A stretch of 45,265 bases of DNA from positions 1 to 45,265 of IMG/VR virus record IMGVR_UViG_3300027787_000005. One strand, given 5' to 3'. Below, one piece after another: positions 1 through 7,767 of the stretch. Source of the stretch: a virus (lineage: Duplodnaviria; Caudoviricetes). The notes beneath the pieces are model-generated. The model did no database searches, was not told where the DNA came from, and worked only from the letters and a program-made list of their open reading frames with translations. Positions within the stretch are counted from its first letter, which is position 1. Each line of letters begins with the position of its first letter. Position numbers and translations under genes: made by a program.

Positions 1-168
1 CTGGTCGATGTAGTGCCCGCGGGTGCGGTAGCCATAGAACCGGTGCTTGAGGCTGTTGTGCGTCGGCTCGGCCACCAGACGCTCGGCCTCGCCCGCCATC
101 CGGGAGTCCTCCAGCTCCAGGGCCTTGGGGTTCTCCCCCCACCCCTGGTTACTCAGCGTGAGCAGGGC

Positions 169-333
169 TCAGTGGGGGTCATCGATCACGGTCGCTGGGC
201 TCAGCTGGACTGGGCTCTCGTCGTCGGTGATCTGACCGGCAAGCACCTGGTCACCGACCTTGACTGGACCGTTGTGGATGATGATCCAACCGGTCCGAGG
301 TAGTGGCTTCGCCTTGTGCAGGGTGATGCGCAT
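169..333 (-). CDS. Small hypothetical protein (54 aa), possibly the 5' half of a TGA-interrupted gene
   Basis: Hand-translated MRITLHKAKPLPRTGW...VIDDPH*; starts 2 nt after the HNH stop; the frame stays open after the TGA to position 1. Confidence 0.45.
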   Translation of the reverse strand: MRITLHKAKPLPRTGWIIIHNGPVKVGDQVLAGQITDDESPVQLSPATVIDDPH

Positions 334-335
334 GT

Positions 336-674
336 TCAGCTCCTCGCGTGCGCTGCCTTGCCGCCTGCACTGCGGTTACAGCGTCGGTGCTCCGGCCCTG
401 TCCACGTGGTGCGGTCCTCGGTGTGGCCCAAGTCCCAGGGTTGACAGAGCAGGATCAGCCTGGCCGGCATGACGCACACCACGGCGTGGCAGTGCACGCC
501 ACCCAGCTCGACCTTGGGCTTCCACTTGTCACGCAGGCTGTCGTGCTCAGCGTCGTAGCCACGCTGCTGCCGTGTGCCCCGTGCTCTTTCCACCTGGCGT
601 GTGTGCTCGGTGCACCTGCTGGTGGTGCCGAGGGTGGGGCAGCCAGGCTCAGCGCAGACGCGCATGCGGGCCAT
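336..674 (-). CDS. HNH-type endonuclease, terminase/cos-associated
   Basis: N-terminal CAEPGC..C..H, RQQRGYD, WDLGH...GPEHRRCNRSAG motif; GAGGTGG RBS; lies upstream of TerS if the genome is circularised. Confidence 0.8.
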   Translation of the reverse strand: MARMRVCAEPGCPTLGTTSRCTEHTRQVERARGTRQQRGYDAEHDSLRDKWKPKVELGGVHCHAVVCVMPARLILLCQPWDLGHTEDRTTWTGPEHRRCNRSAGGKAAHARS

Positions 675-768
675 GGTCACCACCTCGCGCCGTGCGGCAG
701 GGCAGGCCGCGCATTGCCCACCCTGCCGCTTCCCCTAACGCGCCCTGTTGCCAGGCCTGGATACGACG

Positions 769-798
769 AAGCCCCGGCCAGGTGAGGGGCCGGGGCTT
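769..798 (-). terminator. Stem-loop, likely intrinsic terminator or attenuator before the late genes
   Basis: AAGCCCCGGCC-N8-GGCCGGGGCTT; on the minus strand the stem ends in TT and continues CGTCGTAT. Confidence 0.55.
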
Positions 799-835
799 GT
801 CGCGTTCTGGGCGTGCGTCGCCGCACACATGCGGA

Positions 836-865
836 TTCATACCTGACCTTGACGCCGCCCGTCAA
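836..865 (-). promoter_or_regulatory. Putative late promoter with a palindrome over the -35 box
   Basis: Minus strand TTGACG-N18-TATGAA; inverted repeat TTGACG-N5-CGTCAA at 849-865. Confidence 0.5.
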
Positions 866-881
866 GTCACCGCGCCGCAGC

Positions 882-1208
882 TCACGGACGCCAGATGTCC
901 TGGTAGCCGGGTTTGTGGGCGTACGGGAGCGCGAGCACGCGCACGGTCAGGCATGGCCAGCGGACCACGGCCGCCTCGTCGCCCGGATTCCCCTGCTCGC
1001 CACAGGTCGAGCACACCGGGCCGTTCGGGTCGTAGCCGTGGACGGGAGCATGCAGGTCCAGGATCCGCCGCTTGGCGTCGATGTCGGCCAGCATCTGGCG
1101 CCACGAGATGGTCGACTGTTCGCCGATTTCCCTGTCGCTGATGATGGCCCGCTCGTCCTCGTCCAGCTGAGCGCGCAGCCAGGTGATCAGCTCGTCCATG
1201 TCGGTCAT
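882..1208 (-). CDS. DUF6221-like phage protein
   Basis: LITWLRAQLDEDE...LADIDAKRRILDLH...WPCLTVRVLALPYAHKPGY..WRP pattern. Confidence 0.7.
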   Translation of the reverse strand: MTDMDELITWLRAQLDEDERAIISDREIGEQSTISWRQMLADIDAKRRILDLHAPVHGYDPNGPVCSTCGEQGNPGDEAAVVRWPCLTVRVLALPYAHKPGYQDIWRP

Positions 1209-1408
1209 GCTCCCATCGCCTCAGTGCGGATGCGGATGAGCGCTTGATGCCCGGCCTGCTCCAACTCGGCGGGCGTGGGTGGGCGCTGCGCGTGCTCGTG
1301 GTCACCGGATGGCCATCGGCCCGCTATCTCCGTGACGGTCGCCGACTCCATCGTGCTGACGTCGAAGGTCTCGTGTGGCTCAACGCCGCACTGCCAGCAG
1401 CGGATCAT
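1205..1408 (-). CDS. Hypothetical CxxC protein
   Basis: 4-nt start/stop overlaps with both neighbours. Confidence 0.6.
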   Translation of the reverse strand: MIRCWQCGVEPHETFDVSTMESATVTEIAGRWPSGDHEHAQRPPTPAELEQAGHQALIRIRTEAMGA

Positions 1409-1647
1409 GCCGTCACCCTCGGCGTGGCGTGGCGCGGATCCTCGGCCGGGTCATCGCAGAGCATGCATCCCGGGTCGCGCGGTGTGTACGGGTGGGCGAT
1501 CTTGATCGGTGCCCAGTTCTTGCGCTTGTCCTCGACCTCCCTCTTCAGCTCGGCCAGCTGGGCGGACAGGATCGCCGCGCGAATCTCGGCCTGCTGCGCC
1601 CGGTCCTCGGCCTGCTCGGCGTACCTGCGGAGCTTCGTCTTGCTCAT
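1405..1647 (-). CDS. Hypothetical coiled-coil protein
   Basis: MSKTKLRRYAEQAE...; AAGGAG RBS; ATGA overlap. Confidence 0.6.
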   Translation of the reverse strand: MSKTKLRRYAEQAEDRAQQAEIRAAILSAQLAELKREVEDKRKNWAPIKIAHPYTPRDPGCMLCDDPAEDPRHATPRVTA

Positions 1648-2684
1648 GCCGCGTTCTCCTTCCGTCGTGCTCGCTTGGCCTGGTCGCCGGCCAGCCGCGC
1701 CTTGTCGGCGGCGGCCAGGTCCAGCACGTCCCCGACGTAGTGCAGCCGCTCCCGGGTCTCGCCGTCGGGCGGGTCCGTCCAGGCGGCGACGATGCCGGTC
1801 TCGGTGCGCCAGTAGCTGGCCAGCTGTCCCCGGTTGGCCCAGGTGCGGATGGTCTTGACGTTGACGCCGTGGGCGTCGGCGATGTCCCGGGCGGTGAAGG
1901 CCGCAGCGCGCACCTCGCCGTCCAGCCACTTCTGCCGGTCATCGGCCGGCCAGCGCGCCTTGCAGGTGCGGCAGGTGCCCGTGCCGCCGCCGAGGGGTAC
2001 GAAGACGCTGCCCTTGCACGGCTCGTCGCGTTCGTACTCGTTGCCGTCGTCGTCCCAGCCCACGGTGGATCCGCACGGCCCGAGGTACCTCGACTCCCTC
2101 GGCGCTCGCACCACGCCGGACAGCACCCGGGCGCACGCCGCGAAGTCCGCGAATACCTCGTCGACTTCGGGCCGGTGCGCCAGCCAGTCCAGGTGTCCGA
2201 CCAGCCACCGCGCCACGACGGCCAGCATCGGCGGCGCCTGCTCCTGGTCGCGCATCGCCTTGCACGAGTCGTGGGTGCACTCGTACCGCGTCCGGCACAG
2301 CGGTCCGGGCGGCGGCGTGACCGGCGTGGGTGCCTCGGGCAGGTGCACACCGCGTTCCTCGGCGACGTGCCGGGCCCAGCCGTTCAGCGACGCCGTGACC
2401 CGGTCGAGCCGCGAGCGCGCACCGAGGTCGAGCGGCAGTTGCGAGCCGGGCTTGCCGGGTCCGCCACCACCCGAACCGGATGAGAGCCGATTTGCCGCGT
2501 CAGAAACGGCGAGGGCTACCTCGGCTACCGATTCGAGGTTCTGAGCCGCCAGCGACGCGCACCGGGCGCAGGAATAGCCGTTCTCGGTCTGGCGCGGGAG
2601 GCACCCGTCGCACTTCCCGTCCTCGCAGGCGGGCAGATGCCGTCCACGGATCCGGCAGCCGGGAATCACGCAGAGCAGGCTCAC
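1644..2684 (-). CDS. Zn-finger + C-terminal MerR/Xis-like HTH protein; candidate late-gene regulator
   Basis: Several CxxC pairs; FTARDIADAHGVNVKTIRTWANRGQL HTH; near the end of the early operon, upstream of the putative late promoter. Confidence 0.65.
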   Translation of the reverse strand: MSLLCVIPGCRIRGRHLPACEDGKCDGCLPRQTENGYSCARCASLAAQNLESVAEVALAVSDAANRLSSGSGGGGPGKPGSQLPLDLGARSRLDRVTASLNGWARHVAEERGVHLPEAPTPVTPPPGPLCRTRYECTHDSCKAMRDQEQAPPMLAVVARWLVGHLDWLAHRPEVDEVFADFAACARVLSGVVRAPRESRYLGPCGSTVGWDDDGNEYERDEPCKGSVFVPLGGGTGTCRTCKARWPADDRQKWLDGEVRAAAFTARDIADAHGVNVKTIRTWANRGQLASYWRTETGIVAAWTDPPDGETRERLHYVGDVLDLAAADKARLAGDQAKRARRKENAA

Positions 2685-2793
2685 GGGCGCACCCGCCTTG
2701 GTCGGCGTCGGGAGATCGAGATCTCGATCCCCTGCCACTGCGTAGCTCGGCCGAGTCGTCGGAACGAGATGCACCAGCGCCAGATGCGCACGG

Positions 2794-2967
2794 TCATGCC
2801 GTGACCTCCTTGGGTGTCCAGATCCGCCAGCGGTGGCAGCCGGGGCACTTCCGCTGCTCGTGCGTCGTGCTCATCTCCTCGACCCAGTTGTGCCAGGCGA
2901 GGTAGCCCGTCGGCTGCTCAGCGTGCAGCTCAGCGCGGGGGCACGTCTCGGCCTTCCGGGCGTTCAC
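2794..2967 (-). CDS. Small Cys/His protein (57 aa)
   Basis: Hand-translated MNARKAETCPRAELH...GYLAWHNWVEEMSTTHEQRKCPGC; overlap-coupled. Confidence 0.55.
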   Translation of the reverse strand: MNARKAETCPRAELHAEQPTGYLAWHNWVEEMSTTHEQRKCPGCHRWRIWTPKEVTA

Positions 2968-3284
2968 CGGCAGACCTCCGCGTGTTCGTCGGCGCGCCGG
3001 TTCAGCTCGGCAAGGGCGAAGGGCTCGTCGCCGTCGATCTCGACGATCCAGTCGCAGCGGTTGCAGCTGAGTTGGATCACGGAGTTGCCGCCGAAGAGCG
3101 CGACGGACCCGACCCTGAACCGCTGCCGCTCTTCGGCCACCGCCTTGAGTCGGCGCAGCTCGATCAGCTCGTCACGCAGGACGTTGAGTGCCGCTGCCGT
3201 GAGGTTGGGGGGCAGCATCCAGGTGCGGATCATGTCGCCTGCCGCGTACGGCCCGCCGTTGATGATCTGGTCTTCGAGGTCCAC
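2964..3284 (-). CDS. Hypothetical protein with C-terminal CxxC...H motif
   Basis: ORF track; operon-coupled. Confidence 0.6.
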   Translation of the reverse strand: MDLEDQIINGGPYAAGDMIRTWMLPPNLTAAALNVLRDELIELRRLKAVAEERQRFRVGSVALFGGNSVIQLSCNRCDWIVEIDGDEPFALAELNRRADEHAEVCR

Positions 3285-3285
3285 G

Positions 3286-3849
3286 TCAGATCACCGTCCC
3301 GTGGCGTGGGCATGCCCAGCCCGGCGGGCGGCTGGCGGTGCCGTTCTTCGGCTTGTCGACGGTGGGCGGCGGGTCGTTGCAGATGCAGCCGGGCCCGAGC
3401 GACGGCGGCGCGGTGCGGCGTGGCACCGGTGGACGCGACCGGACCGGTGGCGTCCAGCCCATGACGCGCAGCACCTGGATGACGGCGAGCGCGGTGTGGG
3501 TCTCGATGCCGGGTCGTGCGGCGTTGACCTTCCGTGCCGCTTCCCGATCCCCTGAGATCGTTTCTGCGGCCTTGGAGCCGTCAGGGGCAGACACGGGTAC
3601 CCCTGGGCCTAGATCGGGCGTCCTGAGCGAAAGGGAAGCCCTTACCTGAGCCTCGCTGTGCTCGATCGCCTCAGCCCAACGCGCGCTGTCGCCGTTGAGC
3701 AGCGCGCAGATCCGCTCGGCCAGCGCCTGGTCCCCGTTGACGACCACGGCGACGAGCTCGGCCGGGCCGGTGATGTGGCCTTCGGGGGTGCGCTCGCCCT
3801 CGCGGACGATGGTGACGCCCCAGTGGTTGCCGGTGCGGTACGTGGTCAC
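3286..3849 (-). CDS. Hypothetical protein
   Basis: GTG start after AAGGAG; YRTGNHWGVTIVREG. Confidence 0.55.
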   Translation of the reverse strand: MTTYRTGNHWGVTIVREGERTPEGHITGPAELVAVVVNGDQALAERICALLNGDSARWAEAIEHSEAQVRASLSLRTPDLGPGVPVSAPDGSKAAETISGDREAARKVNAARPGIETHTALAVIQVLRVMGWTPPVRSRPPVPRRTAPPSLGPGCICNDPPPTVDKPKNGTASRPPGWACPRHGTVI

Positions 3850-4061
3850 GGTCGCTCCTTGACGGTCAGGCCGGGGATGTGGCGGGCGGCGCGGATGAGC
3901 CATGCGACCTTGACCGCCCGGGTGCGCAGCCACTGAGTGACGTCAGGTTCGGCGCCGTCGGTGCCGGGTGCGGCGCAGCAGGGCCGGAGCATTTTCCAGC
4001 GCCCGCCGTCATCCAGGCGCGACCACGGTGCGCCACGCAGGCGGCAGCTGAAGCACTTCAC
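3846..4061 (-). CDS. Hypothetical protein
   Basis: GGAGGG RBS, GTG start (VKCFSCRL...), GTGA overlap. Confidence 0.5.
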   Translation of the reverse strand: MKCFSCRLRGAPWSRLDDGGRWKMLRPCCAAPGTDGAEPDVTQWLRTRAVKVAWLIRAARHIPGLTVKERP

Positions 4062-4279
4062 GAGCCCTCCTTCCGGGTCGGCACCAGCTCGTAGCCGAGG
4101 CCGTCGAGCAGCCGCAGCAGGGTGGGCAGCGACGGGACGACGGTGCCGCGGGCGTACCGGCCGATCCACGCCGCCGGGATGCCGGTGCGGCGGGACAGTT
4201 CGGCCCTGCTGGTGCCGGTGGTGTGGAGCTGATCGGCGAGCAGCCGCCCGATGTCGGTCGCGGCGGTCAGGCGCATCAC
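4058..4279 (-). CDS. XRE/HipB-like HTH protein
   Basis: SRAELSRRTGIPAAWIGRYARG..VPSLPTLLRLLDGLGYEL. Confidence 0.75.
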   Translation of the reverse strand: MMRLTAATDIGRLLADQLHTTGTSRAELSRRTGIPAAWIGRYARGTVVPSLPTLLRLLDGLGYELVPTRKEGS

Positions 4280-4578
4280 GCGGTCCACCCCTCGCGCAGG
4301 TGGCCGTCGACCCACGCGGGGACGACGTGTCCGGCGGCCCGGTGTGCGGCGACGTGGGCGAGCATGGCGTCGAGGTCGCGGGTGGCGAAGTCGGGCTCGC
4401 GGACGTCCCGCCAGTGCTCCGGGTCGGCTCCGGCGGGCAGCCAGAGCGCGGCGAGCTCCTCGTCTGTGCGCTGGCGGATGACCTTGGCGAAGGCGCAGAA
4501 GCAGCAGGTGGGGCCACGGTCGATGTCGTCGTAGATGTAGACCCGGCTGCCGTCGGTGCCCATGCGGACGAAGCTCAC
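4276..4578 (-). CDS. Hypothetical protein
   Basis: VSFVRMGTDGSRVYIY...MLAHVAAHRAAGHVVP; AAGGAGG RBS. Confidence 0.6.
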   Translation of the reverse strand: MSFVRMGTDGSRVYIYDDIDRGPTCCFCAFAKVIRQRTDEELAALWLPAGADPEHWRDVREPDFATRDLDAMLAHVAAHRAAGHVVPAWVDGHLREGWTA

Positions 4579-4796
4579 GCGTCCTCCTTCGGGATCAGCG
4601 CGAGGTCGTAGCCGAGGGCCTGTGCGACCCGCAGCACCGACCGCAGGTCGGGCGTCTCGGCGCCGGTCTCCCAGACGCTGAGACGGGACTGCTTCTGGCC
4701 GGTGATGGCGCACAGCTGGCGCTGGGTGAGGCGCAGCAGCACCCGGAGTTGGCCGAGTGCGGGTCCGATGCGGGCCGGGTCGGTCAGGCGGATCAC
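4575..4796 (-). CDS. XRE/HipB-like HTH protein
   Basis: LTQRQLCAITGQKQSRLSVWETG..TPDLRSVLRVAQALGYDL. Confidence 0.8.
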   Translation of the reverse strand: MIRLTDPARIGPALGQLRVLLRLTQRQLCAITGQKQSRLSVWETGAETPDLRSVLRVAQALGYDLALIPKEDA

Positions 4797-5041
4797 GCCG
4801 GCCACCCCGTTCCGGTGCTGCGGGCGCCGGGGTGGCGCTGCGGGACGAGGGCGACCTCGTAGCCGAAGACGTGGGCGGTGTCGATGATGGCGTCCAGGTC
4901 GAGGCGGGCGTGGGACTCGCGGACGCTGATCGTGTGCTGGTGCACGTAGAGGCGTTCGGCGAGTTCGCGCTGGGTTAGCTTGCGGGTGAGGCGCATGCGC
5001 TTGAAGGACTTGGCGAGGTGCCGGCGGTCGATGACGATCAC
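4793..5041 (-). CDS. XRE/HipB-like HTH protein
   Basis: LTQRELAERLYVHQHTISVRES...VFGYEVAL. Confidence 0.75.
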   Translation of the reverse strand: MIVIDRRHLAKSFKRMRLTRKLTQRELAERLYVHQHTISVRESHARLDLDAIIDTAHVFGYEVALVPQRHPGARSTGTGWPA

Positions 5042-5268
5042 GAGGTCACCTCGGCTCGCTGCGGCCAGACGACGCGCTTGGTCGGCTCGGGTCCGGCGAA
5101 GCGCCACACACCTCGGCGGTCGGCGTGCAGGCCGATGGCGTGCGGGCTGAGACATGCGCCGCCGCGCCGGTGAAGGTCGAAGGCGGTAATGCCGCTGAAG
5201 GTGTGGTGACAGGCGGAGCAATGCGCGTTGGACGGGCTGGGCTGGATGCAGGTCGGGCGGCAACTCAT
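5038..5268 (-). CDS. FDXHR-type zinc-binding phage protein
   Basis: AHCSACHHTFSGITAFDLHRRGGAC motif. Confidence 0.7.
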   Translation of the reverse strand: MSCRPTCIQPSPSNAHCSACHHTFSGITAFDLHRRGGACLSPHAIGLHADRRGVWRFAGPEPTKRVVWPQRAEVTS

Positions 5269-6050
5269 GCAGTCACTCCTCGGCTGGTGCGGCGCTCGGC
5301 GGCGCGACAGGACAGGCAGACGGCCTCTCCGGTTGACGGGTGCGGCATCGACCCGCCGGGCATCCGGTGTTCGCACTCGGGTCCGCGCTTGATCGCGGTC
5401 CAGGCGGACTCGACTTCACGGAGCCGGGCGGCAGCCCGGTGCTCGGTGAGGTGTTGGGCTAGGTCCCCGTCAGCGGCCATCCGCCGAAGGAAGCCAACGA
5501 GGTTCCGGGGGGCCCGCTCGTTGCGGATCCGCTTGATGATTGCGACGGCTTCGTCGGCCGTCGCACCGGTGGCTTCGGCGACGATCTGCTCGGGTCCCGG
5601 CACAGCGGCTTGGAAAGAAGTATTGGAATGGTCTTGGTAGTGGGCACGTGGTGCCCTAGCCCGGGGCATCTCCTGCCCTAGCTCTGGGGCATCAGGTTCC
5701 CTAGGCAGGGCATCAGGTTCCCTAGCCTCTAGGGCACGACGTGCCCTAGCCGGAACGCCCAAACGGTACGCAGTCCGCTCCTTCTCGGAGCGCGCTTTCT
5801 CGACCGTGGGTCGGCTCCTGTGGACCCAGCCGTCTTGCCCTGGGGTCTTCTCCACGGCGTTCAGGTGGTTCATGACAGCGCGCCGGGACAACCCCGTCGC
5901 CTCGGCCAGCTTCGTCAGCGAGGGGCTGTACTTGGCCGGCACGGCGCCGCCCGGCCAGTTCGCGATGACGGCCAGCACCAACAGGACATGCCGGGCTGGG
6001 GGTGCGAGGTCCGAAGCGAGCACGGCACGCTCGAACTCCCAGCGCTTCAT
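5265..6050 (-). CDS. Replication initiator (lambda O-like organisation, N-terminal winged HTH)
   Basis: PSLTKLAEATGLSRRAVMNHL HTH; internal iterons; C-terminal C/H zinc motif. Confidence 0.7.
   Translation of the reverse strand: MKRWEFERAVLASDLAPPARHVLLVLAVIANWPGGAVPAKYSPSLTKLAEATGLSRRAVMNHLNAVEKTPGQDGWVHRSRPTVEKARSEKERTAYRLGVPARARRALEAREPDALPREPDAPELGQEMPRARAPRAHYQDHSNTSFQAAVPGPEQIVAEATGATADEAVAIIKRIRNERAPRNLVGFLRRMAADGDLAQHLTEHRAAARLREVESAWTAIKRGPECEHRMPGGSMPHPSTGEAVCLSCRAAERRTSRGVTA
5642..5750. repeat. Five 19-bp iterons, putative replication origin
   Basis: GGGCA-N5-T(G/T)CCCTAG(C/G) at 5642, 5664, 5687, 5708 and 5732 (21-24 bp spacing), next to an AT-richer tract at 5610-5640. Confidence 0.75.
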
Positions 6051-6535
6051 GCCAACTCCTCCGGCTCACCCTGGTCGGCAGCCGCGACTTCCTTCAGGAG
6101 TGCAATAAGGTCCTCCCGCGTCGGATTCCGGCGAGCCTTATCGCGATCGTCGGTGGCGGGCGGGATGTAGCCGTTCCAGTGCCGCGCTTCCTTGATGTCC
6201 AGAATCAGGCAGAGGCGCTTACACGCCCATTCGTGGGCGAGGACACGCTGCCGGCGGGCTGCGGTTTTGGCGCGGATATCGCGCAGCACGGGCAGCCACT
6301 CCCGGAGTCGCTGCGCGCCGACCGGGCCGCGCATGAACGGCATCTCCACCCAGACGCTGGTGGCGGTCCGTGGAGTGTCGCGGCGCGCCATCAGACGACA
6401 CCTGAACAGGTGATCAGAGGCAACGCGAGGGAGTTGACACGCGACAGCGTGTAAGGCCATGGCATCATGACGCCAGGGCTCCTTCCGGGGTAATCGGAAC
6501 GGGCTTAGGTCGAGTGGGGAGGTCAGAGCCCCCAT
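6047..6535 (-). CDS. Hypothetical protein (start uncertain)
   Basis: 162-aa ORF whose stop overlaps the rep start (ATGA). Confidence 0.5.
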   Translation of the reverse strand: MGALTSPLDLSPFRLPRKEPWRHDAMALHAVACQLPRVASDHLFRCRLMARRDTPRTATSVWVEMPFMRGPVGAQRLREWLPVLRDIRAKTAARRQRVLAHEWACKRLCLILDIKEARHWNGYIPPATDDRDKARRNPTREDLIALLKEVAAADQGEPEELA

Positions 6536-6718
6536 TCGGCCGCACCCATTCTCCCATTCCGCAGCGTCCGAAATTGATCGGCGCGCCGGATGCCTCTGCG
6601 TTATTGATCACTTCTTACCTCGACGTTCTGCTATTCGCCACTCGGCGCTATTCCTTGCTCACGGAATGGCGCCCGGAAATGCGGCCCGGCCGCGTACGGG
6701 GATGGATACGGCCGGGCG

Positions 6719-7558
6719 TCAGGCGGCTCCCTTCTCGCCCGGAAGGTCGAACAGCGTCGGGTGCAGGTTCAGCGGCCGGTTCGACCACAGCACCTCGGTA
6801 CGGTTCGCCCACCCGTCGCCCTGCCCGGTGCCGGCGGCGAACGTATGCCGGTCCCATCCGGCGTAGAGCTCACGGTCGTACAGGTCGGACGCGTAGCCGG
6901 AGAGCACGACCGCGGCCCGGGCGCTGTTCAAAGCGTCGGCCAGGGCTCGATGGTCAGCCTCGCCGCGCATCTCGCACTGATAGCCGTCGTAGGACTTGCT
7001 GCGGGTTGAGCCGAGGTACGGCGGATCGACGTAGAGCAGCACGCCCGGCTCGGCGCCGTACTTGGCGATTACCTCGAGCGCTGGCATCGACTCCAGCGAG
7101 ACCGCGGCGAGCCGCTCGGCCGCGGGCGCTATCCGCTCGACGTAGCCGGCGAGGTAGTCGGGCATCGACGTGGCGGCGCCGCTGGTCTTGACGTAGTGCC
7201 GCCATCCGGTGCGCCGCAAAGCGCCGGCGCGGCCTTGGGTGAGCCGGACGAACACGCGACGCGCGGTCTCCAGATCGGTGCCGGCCGGCTCGTACGCCTC
7301 CTGCTGCTCCGCCCTCGAGTGCGGCGTAAGTACGCAGACTCGGGCCAGCTCGTCGGGTTGCTCGCGCAGAACGCGCCAGAAGGTCATGAGCTGACCGTCT
7401 AGGTCGTTGACGGTCTCGTGGTCGGATACCGACTTGGCCAGCAGCACGGCAAGGCTGCCGCAGTACGGCTCGACGTAGTGATCGTGCTGCGGAAACAACG
7501 CGGCGATGGCCGGGGCCAGCATGATCTTCCCGCCGAAGTACGACATGGGCGGCTTCAC
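6719..7558 (-). CDS. DNA adenine methyltransferase (Dam/D12 class)
   Basis: YFGGK, YVEPYCGSLAV, ETVNDLD and YVDPPY motifs. Confidence 0.92.
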   Translation of the reverse strand: MKPPMSYFGGKIMLAPAIAALFPQHDHYVEPYCGSLAVLLAKSVSDHETVNDLDGQLMTFWRVLREQPDELARVCVLTPHSRAEQQEAYEPAGTDLETARRVFVRLTQGRAGALRRTGWRHYVKTSGAATSMPDYLAGYVERIAPAAERLAAVSLESMPALEVIAKYGAEPGVLLYVDPPYLGSTRSKSYDGYQCEMRGEADHRALADALNSARAAVVLSGYASDLYDRELYAGWDRHTFAAGTGQGDGWANRTEVLWSNRPLNLHPTLFDLPGEKGAA

Positions 7559-7767
7559 CGTTCGTCTCCGTTCTCGTGTTCGTAGCGGCTGGCCACCAGC
7601 GCCTGTTCCGGCACGTCCGGGAGGGTGTGGCGGGGGTCGCCGGGCTCGCCGAGCAGGTGGCAGGTGAGGCAGACGCCGCGGGTCTCGATGTCCTTCGGAT
7701 GTGGCGCCAGGTCCGGGTCGGGCACGAACAGGTGCGGCTTCACCTGGGACGGCGGCTGCTTGGTCAT
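7555..7767 (-). CDS. Hypothetical protein
   Basis: MTKQPPSQVKPHLF...CLTC..PGDPRH; overlap-coupled. Confidence 0.55.
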   Translation of the reverse strand: MTKQPPSQVKPHLFVPDPDLAPHPKDIETRGVCLTCHLLGEPGDPRHTLPDVPEQALVASRYEHENGDER

